Counted from the stretch's first letter, positions 1 to 8,671 are shown. The stretch: 53,789 nucleotides of DNA from Limnobacter sp. (GCA_036275655.1 DASUDK010000103.1:1-53789), one strand, 5' to 3'. Made by a program: numbers and translations. The notes: generated from the sequence alone by a model not told the origin.

Positions 1-141
1 CAGACCTTTCCGAGCACTGAATATTACGAGGGCCGTAAACCTTAGCAATGGCTTTAAGTCCTCCGAATACAGTGTGCGAACCTTGGTACAGAACCCACGG
101 CCCCGGCGTAATGTTTGGCATTTTCATGTCACACCCCCACA
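1..141. repeat. Terminal direct repeat, copy 1 (circular assembly overlap)
   Basis: Bases 1-141 are identical to 53649-53789, and the repeat lies within coding sequence. Confidence 0.95.
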
Positions 142-365
142 AACCAAAGAACGATCAAACCAGCGCAGGCCAAGCCCATGGCCGACAAAGAAAGAATGTC
201 CATCACGGTTAATTCGCCCTCGTCGGCCTCGTTCAAAAACTCGTCATCGCTTTTGGCCTGAGCGGACCTGGTTGCGGCAACGATGGAGCAAATCAAACCA
301 AAGACGGCAATCAGGGCAACATTGGCAAACAAAACGATCAGCCAGGGGCCTGTAAGGTTTTGCAT
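129..365 (-). CDS. Small membrane protein with two hydrophobic segments; first gene of the leftward early operon
   Basis: 78-aa ORF with upstream AAGGA; its stop abuts the ATG of the next leftward gene across the circular junction. Confidence 0.7.
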   Translation of the reverse strand: MQNLTGPWLIVLFANVALIAVFGLICSIVAATRSAQAKSDDEFLNEADEGELTVMDILSLSAMGLACAGLIVLWFVGV

Positions 366-395
366 TTTATTTCCTTGTAGTGGTTAAATTTAATC

Positions 396-489
396 AACGT
401 GTTTGTGCATTAACCCACAAACGGGTTTTTACGTCAAGCAATATTTAACCCGTATGCGAATTGCACAAGACCCATTGTTTGGCTACACT
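396..489. promoter_or_regulatory. Divergent control region with three operator-like sites and opposed sigma70-type promoters
   Basis: Operator-like 16-mers at 396-411, 412-427 and 447-462 (consensus AACCCG-N4-CGGGTT). Rightward TTGCAC-17-TACACT at 461-489; leftward -35 TTGACG at 437-432. Confidence 0.7.
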
Positions 490-513
490 GCCAAAAAACA
501 CAAAAGGCCAGAC

Positions 514-723
514 ATGGAGCCAATCAAGACCTATTTGTTGCGCAAGCTCGATGAGAGCTTTGGGCACCACACCGAAATATCTCGCCAGACAGGCGTTCCG
601 CAGAGCAACATTTCACGCCTGTATCACAACCGCGACAAGGCCGACCCGCGTTTGAGCACGGTCCAACCTTTGTTGGATTACTTCAAAGCGCAAGACGCTG
701 ACGCTTCCAACCAAAGGGGGTGA
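514..723 (+). CDS. Cro/XRE-family HTH transcriptional regulator
   Basis: HTH pattern EISRQTGVPQSNISRL...DPRLSTVQPLLDYF; first gene after the rightward promoter; start moved to the ATG at 514. Confidence 0.85.
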   Translation: MEPIKTYLLRKLDESFGHHTEISRQTGVPQSNISRLYHNRDKADPRLSTVQPLLDYFKAQDADASNQRG

Positions 724-724
724 C

Positions 725-1045
725 ATGGCTGATTTGCAAAACTGGCTGCTGCGTGATTTGATTGCCCTTCAAACCCAAACCCCACCCAAAAAATCCAGTT
801 TTTCAATCAACCCCCGCCCGCCCGGTGTGCCCCAGGGTGAAACCACCAAGGCCGTGCTGGCCTTTTTGCAATCAAGCGGCACCTGGCACACCTGTGCACA
901 AATCATTCGGGCCACGGGGGGCACCCACGCAGCGGTGAGTTTGTCTTTGATGCGGCTGCAGCGGTGGGGCAGCATCGAATCCCAGCCAGACAGCTCGCGC
1001 AACCCCAGGTACTTGCGCTACCGATACATTCCTTCAAAAACATAA
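725..1045 (+). CDS. Winged-helix DNA-binding protein
   Basis: TCAQIIRATGGTHAAVSLSLMRLQRWGSI followed by a wing-like RYLRYRY segment. Confidence 0.65.
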   Translation: MADLQNWLLRDLIALQTQTPPKKSSFSINPRPPGVPQGETTKAVLAFLQSSGTWHTCAQIIRATGGTHAAVSLSLMRLQRWGSIESQPDSSRNPRYLRYRYIPSKT

Positions 1046-1070
1046 GGCCAGCTCAAGCCAAGCAAAAGGC

Positions 1071-1099
1071 TTGCGGTTTTTAATTAAAATCCTTATATT
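1071..1099 (+). promoter_or_regulatory. Candidate sigma70 promoter for the replication operon
   Basis: TTGCGG-17 nt-TATATT in an AT-rich intergenic gap. Confidence 0.4.
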
Positions 1100-1128
1100 C
1101 CAATTTGTTTTATTGAAGGAGCATCAAA

Positions 1129-1332
1129 ATGCTTGAAAAGCAAAAATCACGCGGATCAACTCGCGACATTGCCGACATTTTTGGCGTGACGATTGAAACG
1201 GTGCACCTGGCACACCACACCAAAGGGCACTACCAGACCATTAAACCCGTGAAGCTGCCCACAGGGCGACTCGTTTGGGACTTGGACAAGGCGCGAGCCA
1301 TTTTCAACGGCGAAGCCACCACGGAGGCGTAA
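1129..1332 (+). CDS. Xis/AlpA-like small DNA-binding protein
   Basis: STRDIADIFGVTIETV HTH plus KPVKLPTGRLVW wing; good AAGGAG SD. Confidence 0.7.
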   Translation: MLEKQKSRGSTRDIADIFGVTIETVHLAHHTKGHYQTIKPVKLPTGRLVWDLDKARAIFNGEATTEA

Positions 1333-2190
1333 ATGCCCAGGATACGGACAATCAAACCAGAGTTTCCACAATCGGAAAGCATGGGCCGCGTATCAAGAGA
1401 GGCGCGACTTTGTTTTGTCCTTTTGTGGACCCTCGCCGACGATTCGGGGAGGCTTCGCGGAAATTCGCGAATGCTCGCGAGCCTTCTTTTTCCCTATGAT
1501 GACGATGCGCCAAAGCTCATCGACGGCTGGCTCGACGAATTGCACGCCGAAGGGTGCTTAATTCGCTATGAGGCGCAAGAATCTACTTACATTGAGATAT
1601 GTAACTGGTTGATTCATCAGAAGATTGATAAACCCTCGGAGTCAAAAATCCCGAGTCCTCGCGAATCCTCGCGAATCCTCGCGAATCCTACCCGTAGGAT
1701 CAAGGATCAAGGATCAAGGATCAAGGATCAAGGAAAGGACCAAGGAGAGGACCGGGTTGCGCCGTCTGACGACTTGCGCGCCCCAAAAAAAACGCCGGGG
1801 GAAAATTCGAGCGACGCGGAAAAAGAAGAAACCGCACTGCAGGCCGCGTGCAAGAAAACCTGGGCGGCTTACAGCAGCGCCTATCGGGCTCGCTATCACG
1901 CCGAACCCGTGCGAAATGCGAAGGTGAATGCGCAGGTCAAGCAGTTTTGCCAATCCTTGCCCTACGACGAAGCGCCGTTGGTCGCGGAGTTTTTCGTTTG
2001 GCACAACTCGGCCTACTACGTTCGACGCGGCCACGATTGCAGCCAGTTGCTTACCGATGTGGCCAAGCTGCGCACCGAGTGGGCCACGGGTCGGATGGTG
2101 ACGGCCACGGCGGCAGCGCAAACGGACCGAACCTCGGCAATGCTTTCGGCGGCTGAGCAGGTCAAACGCGAAATGGGGTACACGCAATGA
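1333..2190 (+). CDS. Phage replication initiator (lambda O / replisome-organiser-like)
   Basis: N-terminal RIRTIKPEF...LWTLADDSGR motif, internal iteron-like repeats, and position in the early right operon. Confidence 0.85.
   Translation: MPRIRTIKPEFPQSESMGRVSREARLCFVLLWTLADDSGRLRGNSRMLASLLFPYDDDAPKLIDGWLDELHAEGCLIRYEAQESTYIEICNWLIHQKIDKPSESKIPSPRESSRILANPTRRIKDQGSRIKDQGKDQGEDRVAPSDDLRAPKKTPGENSSDAEKEETALQAACKKTWAAYSSAYRARYHAEPVRNAKVNAQVKQFCQSLPYDEAPLVAEFFVWHNSAYYVRRGHDCSQLLTDVAKLRTEWATGRMVTATAAAQTDRTSAMLSAAEQVKREMGYTQ
1652..1734 (+). repeat. Iteron-like repeats; probable replication origin inside the initiator gene
   Basis: About 4 copies of 10-bp CGAATCCTCG (1652-1689), inverted repeat ATCCTA-cccg-TAGGAT, then 5 copies of 7-bp AGGATCA (1696-1730). 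Confidence 0.7.
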
Positions 2191-2867
2191 GCGCCAAAAT
2201 CATCGACGCATTGACCGTGGTGGCCGAGATTACCGGGGCCACGTTGTCCGTGCCTGCCATTCGCGGCATGGCCATGGAGCTTGCCCAGCACCCCGAGGAC
2301 GCGGTGCTCAAGGCCTTGGCCCGCTGCAAACGCGAGTGCAAGTACCGACTCACGCTGGCTGACGTGCTTGAGCGGCTTTCCGTGCCCGGCGGCCATGTGG
2401 GCGCCGACGAGGCGTGGTCCATTGCGATTCAGGCCATGGACGAATCGGTGACGGTGGTGATGACCGAAGAAATTTCCCAGGCCTGGGGTGTGGCTCGCGA
2501 TGTGATGCCCGACCGGGTTGGTGCCCGCATGGCGTTTCGAGAGGTGTACGACCGTCTGGTGCAGCAGGCCAAGGACGAGAATCGACCTGCCCACTGGTTC
2601 CCCAGCCTTGGGCGCGACAAGCAGGGCCGGGCAGCGCCGCTGCTTGAGGCGGTTCGCTTGGGCCGATTGACCAACGATTGCGCCCAGGGTCTTTTGCCTG
2701 CTGCGCAACCCAAGCAACAGCTGTCCATTGCCCAGGCAAACCCAACCTCCCCGGTTTCGGCCCATCACCTGATTGCCCAAATGCGGTCGGCCCTGCGAAT
2801 CAAAAACAACGAGAAACAGGGAAAATCGCTTGATGGTGACGACAAAACAGGCCGGGGTAATACGTGA
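2187..2867 (+). CDS. Putative helicase loader / replication accessory protein
   Basis: ATGA-coupled to the initiator in the lambda-P position; GADEAW and ARMAF motifs. Function inferred from synteny. Confidence 0.55.
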   Translation: MSAKIIDALTVVAEITGATLSVPAIRGMAMELAQHPEDAVLKALARCKRECKYRLTLADVLERLSVPGGHVGADEAWSIAIQAMDESVTVVMTEEISQAWGVARDVMPDRVGARMAFREVYDRLVQQAKDENRPAHWFPSLGRDKQGRAAPLLEAVRLGRLTNDCAQGLLPAAQPKQQLSIAQANPTSPVSAHHLIAQMRSALRIKNNEKQGKSLDGDDKTGRGNT

Positions 2868-3035
2868 TAGAAACACACCCCAAAAATCGCACCACGGGCC
2901 TAAAAAAGGCCTCAAAATTGATTTTGTTGCCTGTATTGGCTTTTGAGACTGTTTTTGCAGGAACTCAGGGTGTGTTTGCAAACGCAAAGCAAACAAAGCC
3001 AAATTCATTCAACAACGACAAAGCCAAATTAAAAA

Positions 3036-3272
3036 ATGGTTTCAAATCAAGAACATAAGGAATGTAAACCGTGCAAAACGAGACAAATCCAGAAACGGCG
3101 AGGCGGGGAATACAACATGACATGCATCCGCTGTTGCGCAAACCTGCTGGCCAGTGCGGTCAATCCGGCGCACCAACACGCCATGTTGGCGGTGATCGAC
3201 AAAGCGCCGGGCAGCCCTGGGCGGGACAAAGTGTTGGAATACGTGCGCCAGAGCAAGACGAAACAGCCTTAA
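3036..3272 (+). CDS. Small Cys-rich (CxxC...CxxCC) hypothetical protein
   Basis: 78-aa ORF with a zinc-finger-like Cys pattern. Confidence 0.6.
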   Translation: MVSNQEHKECKPCKTRQIQKRRGGEYNMTCIRCCANLLASAVNPAHQHAMLAVIDKAPGSPGRDKVLEYVRQSKTKQP

Positions 3273-3345
3273 GCTGGGGCGAAGTGTGGCATGCGCTTAA
3301 CCACGATTTGATTGATTTTCAACCAGGCCAGGAGGGCCAAAAACC

Positions 3346-3924
3346 ATGAACATTTTATTTTTTGACACCGAAACCACTGGATTGCCTGTGTGGTCTTCCC
3401 CAAGTGATGCACCGGAGCAGCCTCATCTTGTGGAGCTTGCCGCCGTGCTGGTCAACACCAACACCTTGGAGACGCATCAAACACTCAGTGTGATTGTGCG
3501 TCCCGATGGTTGGACAATTCCCCAAGAAACGATTGACGTGCATGGCATCACCAATGAGGTGGCCCAACAGGTGGGCGTGCCTGAAAAGCTGGCCGTGCAA
3601 ATGCTGTTGGCCTTGGTGGCTGGGGCAGACAAGCGGGTGTGTTACAACCGGACATTCGATCAACGGATCATACGGATTGCACTAAAGCGGTATGGGTTTG
3701 ATGAGGCCACGCAAGAGGAGTGGGCGCGCACCGATGATTTTGAGTGTGCCATGTTGCGCGCCAAGGCGCACCTGAAGTTGGGCAAACAATGCAAATTGTC
3801 CGAGGCCTTTGAGTCCATCATGGGCGTTCCAATGGCAGGGGCCCATCGAGCGATGACCGACACGCGGGCCTGCCTCGACATTTATCTGGCCATGCGCGGC
3901 GCGTTGGAAATCGGCCATGGCTAA
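3346..3924 (+). CDS. DEDDh 3'-5' exonuclease (DnaQ-like)
   Basis: FFDTETTG (ExoI), YNRTFD (ExoII), AHRAMTD (ExoIII). Confidence 0.92.
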   Translation: MNILFFDTETTGLPVWSSPSDAPEQPHLVELAAVLVNTNTLETHQTLSVIVRPDGWTIPQETIDVHGITNEVAQQVGVPEKLAVQMLLALVAGADKRVCYNRTFDQRIIRIALKRYGFDEATQEEWARTDDFECAMLRAKAHLKLGKQCKLSEAFESIMGVPMAGAHRAMTDTRACLDIYLAMRGALEIGHG

Positions 3925-4450
3925 AGGCTTGCGATTGAGCGAGGGAGAGTTTGCTGGCCTGCGCGCAGGGGTGCGGGGCTGGCGCCAAACACACGATCCC
4001 GTTAAAAACAAGGTCAAGGCGCAATCCGAGCCGGGTGCCAAGCCTGCCGCCAAACCCAGGGGCGAGCCTGAGCATGACATGCAGGTGCGGTTTTTTCAGT
4101 GGGCGCAGGTGCAGGCCAAGACCGTGCCGGATTTGGACAAGCTCTATGCCATCCCCAATGGCGGCCACCGGCACAATGCTGTGGCGGCCAAACTGCGGGC
4201 CGAGGGGGTCAAAAAAGGCATCCCGGACGTCAAATTGCCGGTGCCCAGAGGTGGGTTTGTGGGTCTGGCCATTGAATTCAAGGCCGGTGAAAACGTCCCA
4301 AGCAAGGAGCAGCGCGAGAAAATCACGCAGTTGCAGCGCGACGGGTGGTGTGTCACCGTGTGTTGGTGTGAGGAAGCGGCCAAACGCGTGGTGATGGGGT
4401 ATCTGGGGATGTGCCGATTGCAGTGGGAGGGCTCTGAACCATGGGCGTGA
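3917..4450 (+). CDS. VRR-NUC family nuclease (probable Holliday junction resolvase)
   Basis: EHDMQ...AIPNGG...GVKKGIPD...IEFK...SKEQ motif series. Confidence 0.88.
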   Translation: MAKGLRLSEGEFAGLRAGVRGWRQTHDPVKNKVKAQSEPGAKPAAKPRGEPEHDMQVRFFQWAQVQAKTVPDLDKLYAIPNGGHRHNAVAAKLRAEGVKKGIPDVKLPVPRGGFVGLAIEFKAGENVPSKEQREKITQLQRDGWCVTVCWCEEAAKRVVMGYLGMCRLQWEGSEPWA

Positions 4451-4553
4451 TGAATTACCTGTCTACAAAACACTGGGTGACAGCATGGCCGTGCCGGTCA
4501 TGCGCTGGATAGGCCAAAGAATCAACAGTGTAAACAACCCAATTGGTGTGTAA
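4450..4553 (+). pseudogene. Internally deleted DNA cytosine-5 methyltransferase remnant
   Basis: MNYLS (4450-4464) joined out of frame to YKTLGDSMAVPVMRWIGQRI...stop (4464-4553), resembling the N-terminus and motif X of phage C5 MTases. Start overlaps the upstream stop and the stop abuts the terS ATG. Confidence 0.75.
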
Positions 4554-5492
4554 ATGACAAAAAAAACCGAACCAGAAACCGCCGAAACAACCCAATCTGA
4601 GCCCAAAAAGCGTGGGCGACCGTCAACACGGGTCAAAACCCAAAGCGTGCCGGTCGGTCCGAAAAAGGGGCGGGGCAGGCCCAAAGAGATAAAACTGGAT
4701 GAAAGCCTGAAGCTGCCAAAAAAGAACGTCAAGCGCCGGGTTCCCAATTACGACAACGCAGACCCGGAGCATGTGGAGGCCATGAAAAAGAAAAGCCGCA
4801 TGCCGTGGCGTGGTGGTGATGAACGGAATATGCTCAGTGAGGTGCACGAAAAGTTTGCACAATTGCTGGCTGCCGGGTATGGCCAAACTGAGGCGTACCG
4901 CGAGGTGTTCAAGCGCAACAACAAACCCGAGGTGGCACGGGTGGAGGCGCACCGGCTGGCGAAGCGGCCAGAGATTCGTGCGCGTGTGATTGAGCTCAGG
5001 ACCGCCGCCCAGGAAAAGGCCAAAAACGAGTTTGCAATTGACCGGGTGGCCATTTTGCGCGAGCTTTTTGCCCTGGCCACGGTGGATTTGCGCAAAGCAT
5101 ACGACGACAATGGTGCTTTGTTGCCCCCCAAGGAGTGGCCCGAAGAGCTGGCCCGCGCCATCGCCGGGGTGGAAACCATGGAGGAGTTTGATCGAGTTGG
5201 TGATGAGCGGGTGTTTGTGGGCTACACGCGCAAGATCAAACTGTTTGACAAGGGCAAGGCGCTGGACATGGCCATGCGCCACCTGGGTGAGTACGACAAG
5301 GACAATCAACAAAAAACCAATCCATTGAATGAGCTCGCCAATGCAATCCTGGGCAACGTGGTCAAGCCGGGGCAAGGTGCAAACCTGGCCCGTGGGGGTC
5401 TAATGCCCGCTGAGAGTGATGATTTTGGTGATTCGCCGGTGTACAAGCCGGGCAGCATGCCGTTGGACGATGATGAGGACGACGATGAGTGA
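4554..5492 (+). CDS. terS: Terminase small subunit
   Basis: HEKFAQ...TEAY...AHRL HTH and KIKLFDKGKALDMAMRHLG motif; directly upstream of terL. Confidence 0.85.
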   Translation: MTKKTEPETAETTQSEPKKRGRPSTRVKTQSVPVGPKKGRGRPKEIKLDESLKLPKKNVKRRVPNYDNADPEHVEAMKKKSRMPWRGGDERNMLSEVHEKFAQLLAAGYGQTEAYREVFKRNNKPEVARVEAHRLAKRPEIRARVIELRTAAQEKAKNEFAIDRVAILRELFALATVDLRKAYDDNGALLPPKEWPEELARAIAGVETMEEFDRVGDERVFVGYTRKIKLFDKGKALDMAMRHLGEYDKDNQQKTNPLNELANAILGNVVKPGQGANLARGGLMPAESDDFGDSPVYKPGSMPLDDDEDDDE

Positions 5493-7089
5493 CACCGAAG
5501 CGCAGGCTGCGGAGATTGAAGCCCTGCGCGAAAGACTGAGCGACCCGGTTTGGCGATTAACCAGTGGGGCGCTTTACAACATTGTGACCAAGGGCCAGGA
5601 CGGTGATGATGATTTGGTTGTGCCGTTTAAGCCCAATCGGTTTCAGCGTCGATTGCTCACCCGTCTGCACAATCGGAACCTGATTCTAAAAGCCAGGCAG
5701 TTGGGCATGACCACCATGACGTGCGTGCTTTGGCTTGATACGGCACTATTTTCCTCGGAGCCCGTGAAATGCGGGGTGATTGCGCAAAACCGGGAGGCCG
5801 CCGAGGAAATTTTCCGAGACAAGATCATTTTTGTCTACGATCACCTGCCTGAACCCGTCAAGGCCATCTTTCCCTTGCGCAAACGCACCGAAAGCCAGGT
5901 GGTGTTTGACCACAACGGCAGCTCAATCAAAGTGGCAACGTCCATGCGATCGGGGACCATTCATCGACTGCTTGTGTCCGAATTTGGCAAGATTTGCGCC
6001 GAAAGCCCCAAGCGTGCCCGCGAGGTGGACACGGGTTCCATTCCCGCCGTGCCCATCGATGGCCTGTGTGTGATCGAGTCCACCGCCGAGGGCGAGGACG
6101 GCAGCTTCTACAAAAAATGCATCCGGGCCATGGAAATTGCCGAAGAAGGCAGGCCGCTGACCAAAAAAGATTATCGGTTTTTCTTCTTCCCGTGGTGGGA
6201 AAACCCGGAATATGAGATTGACGCCGAGGGTGTGGTGTTCAGCGTCGCGATGTTGCGTTATTTCAAGCATGTGGAGTCCATCATTTGCAGGCCGTTGAGC
6301 GAGCGTAAGCGGGCTTGGTATCAGGTGACGGTCGATAGTGACTTCAATGGTGAGCAACCTTTGGCTTGGCAAGAGTACCCAAGCTACCCCATGGAGGCGT
6401 TTCAACGGTCCACCGAGGGGTGTTGGTACGCCGCTCAGATTGCAAAAGCAAGGTCCGAGGGTCGGATTTGCAACAAAATTCCGGTTGAGCAAAAAGCGTG
6501 TTTTACGTTTTGGGACATTGGTCGGGGCGACATGACGGCAATTTGGGTGATGCAAAAGGTTGGCGTGGAGCATCGTTTCATCCGGTATTACGAGGCCACC
6601 GGCGAGGATTTGGACCATTACGCAGCCTGGCTGCAGGACACCGGGTTGGTGTTTGACACCCATTACATCCCGCATGAAACAAACCACCGGCGCATGGGCA
6701 AGTCTGCGGACACCAACCAAACAATCAAGGAAATGCTCGAAGAGCTGCTCCCAGGTCACAATTTTGAGGTGGTGCCAGCCCCAACGACCGTGGATCAGGG
6801 GATCAAGCTGACGCGCAAGGCGTTTGCCTCATCGTGGTTCTGCCAAGAGGGGTGCGGACAGGGCATCAAGCGCCTGTCCTCTTACAAAAAACATTGGGAC
6901 CAAGCCAATGGGCGATTCACCGATGTGCCTGTGCACAACGACGATTCGCACGGGGCCGATGGATTCAGGCAATTTGGCCAAGAGCTGGCCAGGGGGAATT
7001 TGTTTGTGGCTGGCACCCGAACCGATTACCGCAGTCCGGGTGCGAGAAGGCCGACGCGTTTTCACAGACGCAGTGGGATGGCGGTGTAA
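5485..7089 (+). CDS. terL: Terminase large subunit
   Basis: LKARQLGMTT (Walker A), LLVSEFG (Walker B), ESTAEG, nuclease motifs WDIG and SHGADG. Confidence 0.95.
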   Translation: MSDTEAQAAEIEALRERLSDPVWRLTSGALYNIVTKGQDGDDDLVVPFKPNRFQRRLLTRLHNRNLILKARQLGMTTMTCVLWLDTALFSSEPVKCGVIAQNREAAEEIFRDKIIFVYDHLPEPVKAIFPLRKRTESQVVFDHNGSSIKVATSMRSGTIHRLLVSEFGKICAESPKRAREVDTGSIPAVPIDGLCVIESTAEGEDGSFYKKCIRAMEIAEEGRPLTKKDYRFFFFPWWENPEYEIDAEGVVFSVAMLRYFKHVESIICRPLSERKRAWYQVTVDSDFNGEQPLAWQEYPSYPMEAFQRSTEGCWYAAQIAKARSEGRICNKIPVEQKACFTFWDIGRGDMTAIWVMQKVGVEHRFIRYYEATGEDLDHYAAWLQDTGLVFDTHYIPHETNHRRMGKSADTNQTIKEMLEELLPGHNFEVVPAPTTVDQGIKLTRKAFASSWFCQEGCGQGIKRLSSYKKHWDQANGRFTDVPVHNDDSHGADGFRQFGQELARGNLFVAGTRTDYRSPGARRPTRFHRRSGMAV

Positions 7090-7112
7090 GGCGTCCTGCG
7101 TGCAATCATTTT

Positions 7113-7484
7113 CTACTCGTCCCGACACCCGCAGTTTTTAAACACCTTCAGCCTTCCAGTGTGAACATGGCGGCCAACAATGTCGCTTGCTGCGGGTAGT
7201 CCAGCCAGCACCGCGTTTGTTTCGCAGGCCTCGCACAACACGGCCTGCCTGGGCGGCTCGCTCAAGAATGTCAGGTTTTTCCCGCCACAAACAGCGTTGC
7301 CGCAGTAATGATGCACAGCCAAGTAGGCATAACCGAAGTGCGTCATTGTCATCACACTGCGGGGTCGGTGAATCAGCAGGCCGCGAGTGTTTTCGACGAA
7401 GGGCAATGCCGATTGCCAGTGAATTGGCGATTTTTTCAATTGCAAGGTTGCCCGGTCTGATTTTTGGAGGGGGAATTTAGTCAT
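7113..7484 (-). CDS. Hypothetical Cys/His-containing protein (inverted island)
   Basis: 123-aa ORF, ATGA-coupled within the minus-strand cassette. Confidence 0.65.
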   Translation of the reverse strand: MTKFPLQKSDRATLQLKKSPIHWQSALPFVENTRGLLIHRPRSVMTMTHFGYAYLAVHHYCGNAVCGGKNLTFLSEPPRQAVLCEACETNAVLAGLPAASDIVGRHVHTGRLKVFKNCGCRDE

Positions 7485-7897
7485 TGTTGATCCCTCGCGG
7501 CTTGGAGGGCGGCTTTCAAATTTTCCCGTGCCTCAAAAAGTTTGACAGCACTAAAACATTTACTTCCTTCGCCACCATCATTTTCTAAAACTGCTTGCGC
7601 GTGTTTTACAAGCTGCTGATTGATTTGCGCGGTGGGTGGGGCTGCATATAGCGGCGTTTCATTTCTAGCGTGAAAAAGTTTCTTTCTGCTAAAGCAAACT
7701 GTGCCCATCATGTCGCCGGGGATTTGTTCTGGTGTTGGCCCATCATGGTATAGATACCCAATAGGCTCCCCCACCTGACTACCCCGCCATTTGCAGGCTG
7801 CTATGAATCCATGCTCAAAGCCCATTTTGAATTGATCGTTACAGTATTTTGTCAATTTAAGCGCGTCATCAAGCGCCACTTTGTCCAGCTCATTCAT
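7481..7897 (-). CDS. Hypothetical phage protein
   Basis: Overlap-coupled ORF with EPIGYLY...PLYAAPP, a pattern common in small phage early proteins. Confidence 0.65.
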   Translation of the reverse strand: MNELDKVALDDALKLTKYCNDQFKMGFEHGFIAACKWRGSQVGEPIGYLYHDGPTPEQIPGDMMGTVCFSRKKLFHARNETPLYAAPPTAQINQQLVKHAQAVLENDGGEGSKCFSAVKLFEARENLKAALQAARDQQ

Positions 7898-8144
7898 TTG
7901 TTGTTTCCTTTTTTGTTGCATTGCGTTTGCTAATTGACACCTTTTCAAACGATTTTTTATTGAGGTTGTTTAACGTCATTAACGATTCAATAATCGCTTG
8001 AGTGCGGCTTACCCGATTATCTCGGCAATACGCCATCAAAATGGAGTTGGCCTCGGGTGGTAATTTGATCGTAAACCTGGCACCACCCGCATCAACCAAG
8101 CGGGCGGTGTGGGCTTTGACGGCTTTTTGTGCGGATTTTGTCAT
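7890..8144 (-). CDS. Ribbon-helix-helix DNA-binding protein
   Basis: RFTIKL beta strand followed by two helices (PPEANSILMAYC / SRTQAIIESL). Confidence 0.65.
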   Translation of the reverse strand: MTKSAQKAVKAHTARLVDAGGARFTIKLPPEANSILMAYCRDNRVSRTQAIIESLMTLNNLNKKSFEKVSISKRNATKKETTNE

Positions 8145-8428
8145 GGTCGCCCCAATTTATTACATGCACCACATGGTTCTATTGTTTCGCTTGCGTTATT
8201 AAATCGCTCCCCAGTTCCGCCGCATCTTGGGCAATCCCAAGGTTTTAGCCCAAGATTCATTCTCTCGGACTGCCATCCATGCTGCCATGCGCGAATAAAT
8301 GATCGGCTCCATGAAAGTTTGCCGCTTGGTTTTCTGTGGTCTTCATAAGGGCATGAAGAAAAAGGCTGCCCTTTACGAGCAGCCTGTCGGCCTTTTTCCT
8401 CAGCCCCATCAAAGGGGCTTTTCTTCAA
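8141..8428 (-). CDS. Rmf/CrpP-fold protein with C-terminal CxxCxGxG zinc finger
   Basis: GRQAARKGQPFSSCPY...AWQHGW matches the Rmf pattern GxxAxxxG-x5-CPY...WxxGW; then CPRCGGTG...CGAC. Confidence 0.7.
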   Translation of the reverse strand: MKKSPFDGAEEKGRQAARKGQPFSSCPYEDHRKPSGKLSWSRSFIRAWQHGWQSERMNLGLKPWDCPRCGGTGERFNNASETIEPCGACNKLGRP

Positions 8429-8637
8429 TTTACCCTCCGATTAAAAAGGGCTTCTGCTTGAATTTGACTCATGTTGATTTCAACATAGCGCCATGTTTTT
8501 TCCAAACCCCCGTGAATTTTTCCGTTATAGTTTTCGCAGAGCTTCCAAACTTCAAAACTGTTTTTCTGTAAATCTTTGCACAAACAGAAAACTACGCCGT
8601 TTTTGTTTGCTTTGCGTTGAATTGGCTGCTTACTCAT
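8425..8637 (-). CDS. Hypothetical protein, first gene of the inverted cassette
   Basis: GGAGA SD before the ATG at 8637; coupled to the next ORF. Confidence 0.65.
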   Translation of the reverse strand: MSKQPIQRKANKNGVVFCLCKDLQKNSFEVWKLCENYNGKIHGGLEKTWRYVEINMSQIQAEALFNRRVN

Positions 8638-8671
8638 TTTGCTTTCTCCGGTTTGTTGTTTCAGTGTTTGC

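Noticed and set aside
1-141. 141-bp terminal repeat as a biological DTR or att site
   Set aside because: It is an exact copy lying within coding sequence, and its length matches a common assembler k-mer. Best read as a circular overlap.
2864-3058. 64-aa ORF in an A-tract-rich segment
   Set aside because: Low-complexity Lys/Asn-rich translation with no motif. It may be real but I cannot support it.
3071-3349. Alternative-frame ORF ending at the exonuclease start
   Set aside because: It largely overlaps the better Cys-motif ORF 3036-3272. Its tail might be a gene remnant, but no family was recognised.
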